A model generated the notes under the pieces. That model worked only from the letters and a program-made list of their open reading frames with translations. It had not been told where the DNA came from and ran no database searches. From Pocillopora damicornis (Eukaryota), in assembly GCF_003704095.1 (NCBI RefSeq), contig NW_020846568.1:124010-188000 (forward strand): a DNA stretch of 63,991 bases. The letters are read 5' to 3'. Positions 49,931-60,600 of this stretch are shown here, in pieces. Both the position numbers and the translations under genes were made by a program. How positions within the stretch are numbered: the first letter of the stretch is position 1; each line of letters begins with the position of its first letter.

Positions 49931-52900
49931 TCAAATAGTTAAGCTATGGTTGTTGTTTTTGCTTCGTGGTAGAGCAACGGATGGTGGCCTCCTTTCCATG
50001 TTTTCAGGGGGTGCATCGGGGATTCTATGGGCAACGTCCTGGCCTGGGCCGTCCTGTTGCAATGGTCGCCTCTCTTCATCATCTTGGTTGTTCCCCCTAT
50101 TTCTCCACCATAAAAAAAGCCCTGCAAGGACCACCAGTACAATCACCCCAGCGGTTGGAGCCACAATTTCCACAATGTGCGCTGCACAAATTAAAGAGGA
50201 ACCAGAAGATGTTATTTTTCAATTAACAAATATTTCTTGAACGTGAACATCATAAGAAGAGAAGGAGTTTTTGCGGAGCAATTGAGCGCCCTTCCATCAA
50301 CTTTGATGAAATTATTGATGTTGTACGAATTCTGTGGGGGCAACAAAGCATTATTTGGTGGTACTGAGTGTCAGGTCCATCACACCTATTTATTCTTTAT
50401 TTTTTACTCTCGACTTTTCCTCCTAATCATCATTCCTGCGATAAGGAAAGTACTGTTTGACTTTCAGTTAACTTACAATGTTCCTCCGCTGCTAGGCTAA
50501 GGGAAGTCCCAGAAACACAAGCATTCTCACAACCGCACAAGTGATCCAGCTCAAATTTCTAGAGTACGAAAAGATACAAGGGGAAAATTTCAAGAGTCTC
50601 ATCATGGTTTCAACAAGACTTGTGTTAGAAATGATGACATCCAAAGAAAGTCGCTAAAGCCATGAACGAATTCCATGGAATTTTATGAAGCAGGATGCAA
50701 AAGGCAGATATATTTCAACCATCTTTTGCACAGCTCTTAGTAGACTTTGTATGTCTTGAAAAACTCATAACAAAAGAATTAAGAGAAGTTTTTCCCGTGT
50801 TTTTCGCAAAGCTTTATCTTGGTTAGAGAATCTTTAATAATTCGTCTCACGATAAAGAGTAAATCAACTGTAGAGTTTCTTTCAAAAGAAAATCGCGATA
50901 CTTCGACAGCAATACTGCTAATCTTTGACGTCTACTTTGGTCCAGTTGCACTGTGCATTGAAAAGGAAGTAATATTTATGAGCGACTCGTACTCTTTCAA
51001 TCCAATCGGCTGACGAGAACATTACATTTTATTTTTACTATTATTTTTTCATGTCAATCTGAATAGATAAATTGTGTAAAAAAGTCACTAACCCAGTAAT
51101 CTTCATTGATTACTTTAAAGGTTGCATCCTTGATGTCTACTTTGGTCCGATCGCACTTCACTTTGACAATGGACTTTAGACCCTGAAGATACCTAAAAGA
51201 AGATAAATTAGGAAGTTAGTGTCTCCTAATAGAAAAAAAATTCTGTTTTTTCTTTAGGCTTTGGTTTCTGATAAAAAAAAGATATCCTATAGATCAAGCA
51301 GTACAGCTCTTCACAGCATTTTTCGAGAATGGTAGATTGTTCCTTCGTGCTGATTGTTAATTTTCTGCTTCCATGTGTTTCCCTGTGGTAAAATTCAGTT
51401 GTTTTTCGAGTTAGCGTATGTGCCCACCACTAAATAAGAACCCGCACCTTAGTTAACTTGTATGTGCTCATAAGAACACTGGCGCAGAGTTTTACTTAAG
51501 TTTTATTGCTAAGCCTAGTCATAATTAAGAGCGTGCAAGTACACATACCGTCCCCCTGCTTTGTAGGTCAGTTGAATAAAATTGCTCACTTTGGTACATT
51601 TTGGCATTTTATTTCCAATTGATTGATAATTGTCAGGATTATCGTTGTTTGGAGTCCACCTACATATCTGAAAGATAATAGAAATAGTGCGACTGTTGCC
51701 ACAGGGCCACCAACAAATTCAAAGTTACTCTGATGTTTAAGACCAGCCACACACAAGATTCCGGTATGCAAACACAAAATTATAAAGGGTGGTAACCGTG
51801 CTATTTTATTTAATCGCTTGCTATATTCGCAGTCTGTGCTCTCAAAAGATCACGGTTACCCAATTCATACCTGATACTACACAAAAAGATATCATAGATC
51901 TTATTCTAAGACGAAAATCATTTTGCTTTCCGAATAACTTTAACTTATTTCGGGGAAAACAACTTTTACAGCGACAGAAAACAAAGTATACTGGAAAAAA
52001 TTAACTGCCCTACTTAATTGGCGAGTCTTTCCATTATCGAACTCAGGTGTTCTTTTAAGAGTTGTTGATCACCTGCATAATACGATGGCCATGCATCCCT
52101 AAGTTTTTACGTCTGTTGATAACAAGTAAGTCCTCTTGCGTGTTCCAATGCACAATGCTGAGTTGCTGTTCACAAATTAAGCTTAAATAGCCAGATTTCT
52201 CAAGTACAACAAAACCGCCAAAAACATCGAGCTTCGTTTCTATGACTGCAGAAATAATTAGACCATTACTTACTGCTGTTTCTTTATCCCGATCACATTC
52301 ACCGGCTAAACTGATCCATCTGCATGGGTTGTACGCGTACGAATAGTATTGATCGTATTTTCCATGAGGTGTACCATTTGCGACGAAGCCTCTAAGGAAA
52401 TGTCCATGAGAAAGCATTGGTTACGAAGTGATGATTGATCAAAGGAAAGCATGGCACCGAGTTACTCAATTGTAATTATAGTCTAATACAGTCGAACCTG
52501 TCTTAAGCGGTCAACCACGAGGAATGTCGAGATGACCGCCTAATACAGATTCCACAGGATAGGAGCATTCTAAAAAGCAATTTAAGACGTCGTGTTTTGC
52601 CATAACTGACCACTTAAAGTGAAAAAACTAGCTCTAAAATACTACTCACATTGATTTTGGGATATAAGGATGGAAAAAGTTTTACTTAAGAGATTATTCT
52701 CAGTTTTATTTGAGTGGTTGCGCTTCGCGTGACCCTTCTCTACAGGTGGAGAACAATACAAACAGGCCGTTGGGACTTTGTAAAGGGTGATCACTGACTG
52801 CTTATAGAGGCGACCGCGTAATAGGTGCCGCAAAATACAAGTTCGACCATAGAATCATTATGGATTGTAGGGAACTACTAACAGATATACAGATACACCA

Positions 52901-53798
52901 ACCAACGCTCTCAACTATAATCACAACTGATATTTTTGCAGACTCCCTACACTCTCCCTGCTGAAAGGATCGCCTTTCAAAAGTTTTTTTCGCGACCTTC
53001 TATCAAATTCTGTCAATGGTGTTCTTTACTTTTCTTCAGAGATCGAAAGTTCAATTTTATCAATTTCTTGTCTGCTCCATGTCAATCATCAGATTCACTA
53101 TGGCTACTTAGTAAAAACGCAAGTGAAAAATACATATACATATGTCACGCTACGACTTGTGAGACTAAGCAGATTTATTCGAAAATATACTTTTGATTAG
53201 CTTTTTAGCCTATATGCAATTACCATTTAGCGGTAAAAACGTTCTTCCGCTAAATTACCTAAGAAGACCGTTTTAATCGCATATGCTAAATATCATTCTG
53301 TTACGGCAAAAGCTTGCTTACAATAAGTGTGAGTGAGTGAGTCCACTGAACTCTGGAAAGAGCTTGTGAAACTGAGCTATGCTTCTTTTCCTCTGATATG
53401 AGGCGGAGAAGGAACATCGTGTGCCCTAAATTGAAGACAGTAGTCTACGAAGAGTTACTATCGAAGTTCCACGAATTTCACCTTAAACTCTCTTTCTTGG
53501 AACCGCGCTCGAGTGGAAAACTCGGACACGGATGATAGCCCTTACTATGAATTAATCAACATCTTAAGATCACTTCATGGTAATGTCCTGTTTTTCGTTT
53601 GAGATTATCTTGTTTTGCTTACCTTATGAATGGGGCTAGATTAAAGATATTCCCATCTCTATCTTCCCAAGCGCAGGTCGTATTGGGTACAGGAAAACAT
53701 TCTTGACTTCTTGTAGAAGAGCTCGCATCACACTTTTCGTATGGGACAAAAGTATGCAGAACTGTAGCGCACAACAAACTGATGAACAAACGCATCAT
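49931..53798 (-). CDS. Paralog F (MRH-like receptor family), 6 exons, 281 aa
   Basis: Exons 53798-53623, 52391-52274, 51667-51549, 51192-51093, 50558-50477, 50181-49931; 846 nt in frame, all GT-AG. MMRLFISLLCATVLHTFV..ECFPVPNTTCAWEDRDGNIFNLAPFIR/GFVANG..YYSYAYNPCRWISLAGECDRDKETA/ICRWTP..YQSIGNKMPKC..IQLTY/..KSIVKVKCDRTK..FKVINEDYW/KFELDHLCGCENAC../TM IVAPTAGVIVLVVLAGLFLWW, tail DEERRPLQQD. Confidence 0.88.
52489..52848. mobile_element. pogo/Tigger-type MITE in paralog F intron 1
   Basis: TA-CAGTCGAACCTGTCTTAAGCGGTCA ... GCCGCAAAATACAAGTTCGACC. The same insertion lies at the equivalent site in G. Confidence 0.7.
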
Positions 53799-54964
53799 TC
53801 CGCCGTAGAGATCTGAAGAAGACAATTGAAGATGACGAAATCTCTTTCTAATCTAAGAATTTAGGGGGTTCCCCGTGACACATGATAAGCTCTAACAATT
53901 CAAAACAATAATACCGAAGGTATTCGTCGACTAACTGCAAAAATTTCGATATTTCAAGTAAAAAGTCATATCTTAGGAAAGCTTGAGATACCGATTATAT
54001 TTCCTTTATATGTTGTTGTATGCTGTGAAAGCAAATAACCAATATTTTGGTAGGAATTAGCTATACAGTTCTGGCGCACCCTGAGCTTTCGCTTTCGGAT
54101 TAATCGAGAAACGGTAAAAAAGCACTTCCTCAGACACACACGCTGGTATCCCTTGATTGTCTTTTCTTAAATTTCCAAAAGAAAAATTGCGTCAATCAAA
54201 TAGTGTTTTTGTTGTCATCGTTGTAATTACGAAACTAGAGTGTGTTAAGTCAGCCCTTAATCGTTGCTCGTTAGGCGGAACACAAGAAACTTCGGTTACC
54301 TTCAAATACGATGTGGCTTAGCAAGCTGTACATCTGTTCGCCAGACTTTTGACATCCGTTAGACCGTTCGGTCAGTCTTGTTGGCCAGTTAGAAAATGCG
54401 ATGATCGGCAAAGCTTTGTTATTCGATCAAAAATGATCTGTCAGGGGCAACACTTTTTCTCTGTTAGACTAGTCCCCAGTCATTTCTCATTAATATTTGG
54501 AAGGGTTAGGGAATTGGCGACTAGTGATAACCGCAACACAAAGGAAACCTTCCTCATCAACACTCTGATCCATAGAAGCTAATCAATAGTTACTTAGATC
54601 ATACAGTAGCTGAAGTTCGCCATCCAAGAAGTCGTACTATTACACCACTGAAAAACAACTGCATAGAGTATATTGAGGGTGATTAAGAACCAAAATATTT
54701 TCCTCCAAAAACCCTTTTCCCTCGTTATTAGTCAATATGTTTCCAAAGTAGGAAAATGCTTTTATATTTGCCGCTGATCATTAAATTGATTACCATTTTC
54801 TGACAAGCAATTAAATGACGAAGGACAAGGCCACCTTTAATTTAAAAAGCTTTTATTTTGTCTTATCTCGTGGATAGTCATCCATCTAAGTTAGAAAGTA
54901 TTTTTCAATAATTTGAACCTTGTTCGTCCAATTTCCTTGTAAATACACATAGTAGGTATCAGAG

Positions 54965-55083
54965 TCAGTACCTTAGCAACTGCACACCTAAGCTTCGCCT
55001 AACCCAACAACAATCAATTTAACTGGTAACAAGTTGGAGTTAATTTTGAGTTAGGGGAGGGGTAGGTGCGAATTTGCTCAGAT
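54965..55083. mobile_element. Short hairpin-type MITE
   Basis: AGCAACTGCACACCTAAGCTTCGCCTAACCCAA ... TTGAGTTAGGGGAGGGGTAGGTGCGAATTTGCT form imperfect inverted arms. Confidence 0.55.
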
Positions 55084-55747
55084 TATAATTAAACGCCTTT
55101 TTGTTTGAAATCATAAAATCAATGCTGTATGATTACTAGCAAACAGGTAACTATTCACCAGCTAATGCACAATAAATGGATATTCCGGGAAAATTTTCCT
55201 TCATCTCTGCTCTGAGTTGAACATGTCAAATGAACTACGGCCCGAAGATCAATATGTGCATATAATTCGTGTACCCACGGCAATGTTTATAGCACTATGC
55301 ATGGCCAAAAGGTTTATACATATGGGTAAGTACATAAATTTTAGAAGAAGTTCAAAAGCAAAATATCTCTCGTTTTGCAAGGGTCTCTGTGTATCTGCTA
55401 CATATACATAAATGATTTACAAAACACTCTTGACGAGCATTTAATGTCATCATAATACTGTTTAAAGCTTGTAGTTTGCAACATTTCATTTCCATTAACA
55501 CAGAGACATGCTTCTGATTAAAAAGATCTGTTTTTTTTTTCTGAGGCATATTTGAATCATTGGGAGGCCAAGAACAGACAATGCCTTTTTTTATATGAAG
55601 GCATTTCTTTAGCTGCAGCTGATATGAACATTTGCTGGTAGCCATAAAAGATACGCATAGTCATATGATTACAAATATATTGGACCATCTTAAAAACTCT
55701 AAGCATGTACTTTCTTTTCAAAGGTTTTTTTATTATTTTTTCCTCAG

Positions 55748-56200
55748 CTTAGCTGGAGTGTGTAAACATGTGGGGGCACTTTTGTACCATATTTCTTCAG
55801 AAGTTAGAGAGGGAAACAACAAAACATGCACATCAAAACCTCAGGCCTAGGGGAAGACCTTCAGCTTTAGCTAAAAAACGTTACTCTGCCAGCAGATTGT
55901 CAAACATCCAAATAAAGAAAGACAGGATGCACAAAGGCAACTCCCTTGTCCCTTGGCAGACATGCACTGTTACGAGGTCTGGATATGATCCTCGTGCAGT
56001 AGACGACAGACAGCCTATGGCCTTGGACCAGGATGACTTGAAATACCTAGCAGCTTTAACAAATGGTAGATGTGGTATCCTTCTTAATTCCGACTATCCC
56101 TAGAGCCAGTCAGAACCTGATATAAATGACATAGCTGGCGAAGAAACTGTACAAGCAATCGATGAGCCTTTGCCAATTTCAGATCAAACTGCCATGATAC
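55748..56200 (+). pseudogene. Decayed exon of a SWIM zinc-finger protein of the transposon-associated type
   Basis: After acceptor TCCTCAG: LAGVCKHVGALLYHI...KTCTSKPQA*GRPS..., where TAG replaces the expected Trp, then YDPR. The CKHVxALL plus CTSxPQxW pattern is typical of SWIM-domain TE proteins. Confidence 0.6.
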
Positions 56201-57689
56201 ACGCACAGTGGCTAAATAGTTCAGTAGAGGTGAAAATAAGAAATTTCTTCAGACAGCATTCATCTGGACGCCAGTATTGGCAAAGTAGCGAATTTGTTAG
56301 AAGGCCCACTGTTTGCCCACTCGTCTTAGTCTTCCATTCTGATCTCTCGGAAACCGGCCATCACAGAAATCAATACATGTCAATGTATAGGTCACGCAAG
56401 CCTATTAGTGAAGTTTACTAGTTTATTTTGCTAGGAGCAATTAATTCTCGCCATAAAATTTTGAAAGACGGCTCTTCACACTTCCCTCTCGCTGTCAAAC
56501 CCAGGAAATCTGGACGAAACCATACTTGGGTGAGAAAAAAACTGATACTTTTACACAAAAATGATTATTTGTTTTTCACGCTCATCCGTCATTTTCAATG
56601 GTGGCAAAGTCAGTATGCCTCTGACTCCTTATGACGGCTGGCGCAAGCGACACTTAACAAAATATTTTCTCAAACATTTTTCTGGATTCCACAAAGAATC
56701 TTGGATCGCAAAAGTATTTCTATTTTTGAGGTTATTAACAACCTTTCATGGTTACGGTCTTACGACATGGTCGGATATTTGGCACCGCACATTGTTGTAC
56801 GTGTTCCGGGAAGCAAACAACCATTCCTAGAATACGAGTATCGAGCTCGAAGAGCAGATAAATCTCTGGAACAAATAATTACCTGTCTGTTTAATGGCCT
56901 TGAGAGGAGGTTCGGGAATAAATAGAAGTGCTACATGGAGCCTAACATGTGCGCTATTTTCTTAAAGACCGTACCTCTTGCAGCGAAGGAGAAAACGTGT
57001 ACGGATACCCTTTCGTTAGAAATGTTACTGAGCGTTACGTCGATTTTCGGTGTTCTGCACTATGACTTTATTAATGGTCATTCTTCTCCTGCAGCAAGAG
57101 CATAACACTTTTCCACCCTGAATTAACCTTGTTTATCGCGTTCCGAGCAATCGCGTGCGAGGGAAAAATATTTGATGGATGATGAGCTACACAAAAATAG
57201 TAAAAGATTATCAGTAAGACTTTTCTTAGGCACTGCTCAGTCAGCAAAATACAAATTAATTACAATTCAGACGTTATTTACAATACAAAAATTACCTATA
57301 ATACGAAAAATACAACAAATCCAACTTGACAAGCAATACCAAAGCTATTTTCAATGTTAACACCTTTTCAATACTAAAAATCCATAATCTAACTACTATT
57401 ATAACAACACTAATATTGTGTTCGATGTTCTTAAGATTGAGCATACATTCATAATCAGCGTCAATATTAGTTGACACATGTAGTGTTGAACAGTTAAGAA
57501 TAACAAAATTAACGACAAATTACTAAATTACTGACAAGACCCCTTCCCCCTATTAAATGATGTCTGTTTACAGCTAAAAGATCACGAACGTAAGATACAA
57601 AATTGTTTTAGGCGTTAACAAGGTCAATGTTTAAATTTTTTTTTTGCCGAATAAAGTAACCAATAAATATCTTTTTGGAGGAAGGTATC

Positions 57690-60600
57690 TCAAAGGGTCC
57701 TTGAGATACTAGGCACTCCAATAGTTAAGCCTCTGAGGTTGTCGATTTTGCTCTGTGATGAAGCAACGGGTGCCGGCCTCGCTTCCAAGTTTGAGCCATA
57801 GGGTATATTGCAGATTATATGGGGACCGTCCTGGCCTGGGCCGTCTTGGTGCAGTGGTTGCCTCTCACCATTTCCTTGGGCGTTGTTGTTGTTCCTCCTC
57901 CTGTTCCACCTCTTTTTCCACCATAGAAAAAGCCCTGCTGGGACCACCAGCGCAATCATCCCAGCGGTTGGAACCACAATTTCCACAATAATGTACGCTG
58001 CACAAATTTAAAAAAACCAGAAGACGTTATTTTTCAATAAAAAAATATTTCTTGAACGTAAATATCATCGGAGGAGAAGGAGCTTTAGCGAAGCAATAGA
58101 GCGCCCATCCATCAACTTTGATGATATTATTGATATTGTATGATTCTTGTGAGGGTAACAAGACATTATTTGGTGATTCTGTAAAGTGAGTGCTTTGTCT
58201 ATCACACCTATTTACTCTTTATTTTGTATTCTAAACTTTTCTTTCTAATCGTTATTCCTGTGATAACGAAGGTACTTTTTGACTTTCTTTCAACTTACGA
58301 TGTTCCTTCGCTGCTGGGATGAGAGATGATCCCAAAACACAAGCATTCCCACAACTGCACAAGTGATCTAGCTCAAATTCCTAGAGCACGATAAAGGAGA
58401 TACAAGAGGAAGTTTTCAAGAGCTTCATTACGGATTCAACATATGACAATCTCCTATAATCAATTTTCTTACGTAACAAGACTCGTGTTAGGAATGATGA
58501 AATCCAAGTCGCAAAAGGCTGAACAGGTTTCATGGAATTTTAAAAGCAAGTCTTTAATAATTCGTTTCACGTTCGTTTCAAAAGAAAATTGCAATATTTC
58601 GACAGCCATACTGCTAGTCTTTGACATCTACTTGGTCCAATCGCACTCTGCATTGACAAGGGAGGAATATCTATTAGCGACTCGTATTCTTTTAACCCAA
58701 TCGGCTGACAAGAAAATTACAATTTATTTTTCATTATTATTTTTTTACATCAATCTGAGTTGATAAGTTGTGTAAAAAAGTCAATTACCCAATCGTCTTC
58801 ATTGATTACTTTCAAGGTTGCATCTTTGATGTCTTCTTTGGTCCGATCGCACTTAAAGTGGACAATGGATATTCGACCTTCAAGATCCCTGAAAGAAGAT
58901 AAACTAGGAAGTTAATTAGTGTCTTCCGATAAAGACAAATTCTGTCTTTTCTATATCCCATAGATTAAGCAGTACAGCTCTCCACGTCATTTTTTGTTAA
59001 TGGTACATTGTTCCTTCTCGCTGATTGTTAATTTTCTGCTTCTATGTGTTTCTCAGTGGTAAAATTCATATGTTCTTCAAAGCGTTAAAAAGAGTTGTAT
59101 TGAAGTTAGTCTATGTGCCCACCACGAAATAGGTACCGCGCACCTTAGTGAACTTATATGCGCACATAATACTAAGTTTTAATCGCTGAGCCTCGTCATA
59201 AGAACGCGCAAGTACACATACCTTCCCCCTGCGTTGTAGGTTAGTCGAATACCATTGCTCTCTTTGGTACAGTTTGGTATTTGATTTCCAATTGACCAAT
59301 AATTGTCAGGATTATCGTTGTTTGGAGTCCACCTACATATCTGAAAAGATAATAGAAATAGCACTACTGTTGCCACAGGGTCACCAACAAATCTCAGAGT
59401 TACTCTGGTGTATAAGACCAACCACACGTAAGATTCCGGTATGCAAACACAGCATTAGAAAGGGTGGTAACCCTGCTATTTTAAATAATCGCCTGCTACA
59501 TTTGTGTCCAGTCTGTTCTCTCAAAATATCATGGTTACCTAATCAACAATAATAAGATTATTACCTGATACTACAGAATGGGATATCATGGATCTCATTT
59601 CTAAGGTGAGAATCATTTTGTTTCTCAAGTAACCTTTCTTACTTCGGAGAAGAACAATTTTTACCGCAACTGAACACAAAGTATACTAGAGAAATTAACT
59701 GCCCCCACTTAATTGGTGAATCTTTCCACTATCGAACTCAGGTGTTCCTTTAAGAGTTGTTGATCACCTGCATAATACGATGGCCATGCATTCTTAAGGT
59801 TTTACGTTTGTTGACAACAAGTAAGTCCTCTTGCATGTCCCAATATACAATGCTGAGTTGCTGTTCACAAAATTAAGCTTGAATAGTCAGATTTCTCAAG
59901 TACAACAAAAGCGCCGAAAACATCGAGCTTCATTTCTATGACTGCGGAAATAGTTAGACCATTACTTACTGCTGTTTCTTTATCCCGATCACAGTCACCG
60001 GCTAAACTGATCCATCTGCATGGATTATAGGCGTACGAATAGTACTGATCATATTTTCCATGAGGTGTACCATTTACAACGAAGCCCCTAAGGAAATGTC
60101 CATGAGAAAGCATTGGTTATGAAGTGATGACTAATCAAAAGGACGCATAGCACCAAGTCACTCAATTATAATTATAATTATAATCTAATACAGTCGAACC
60201 TGCCTTAAGCGGTCACCCATGAGGAATGACGTGGTGACCGCCTAATACAGATTCCTTAGGATAGGGGCAATTTAAGACGTCATGCTTTGCTATAATTGAC
60301 CACTTAATTTGCAAAAATACCACCTACATTGATTTTTGGAGATAAGGATCGATTAAGTTTCACTTGAAAGATTATTCTTAGTTTTATTTAAAAGTTTGCG
60401 CTTCACGTGACCGTTCTATACATGTAGAGAACAATACAAACAGGCCGTTAGGACTTAGTAAAGGTTGACTACTGACTTTTTATTGAGGTGACCACCTAAT
60501 AGGTGCCGCTAAATACAGGTTCGACTAGAGAATCATTATGGAGTGTAGGGAACTACCAACAGATACAGCAACCAACACACTTAAGTATAATCACAACTGA

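Noticed and set aside
50386-50435. AG...GT-bounded 50-nt segment conserved in F and G introns
   Set aside because: Stops in every frame in F and a length that would break the frame; exon 5 already splices in phase to the TM exon.
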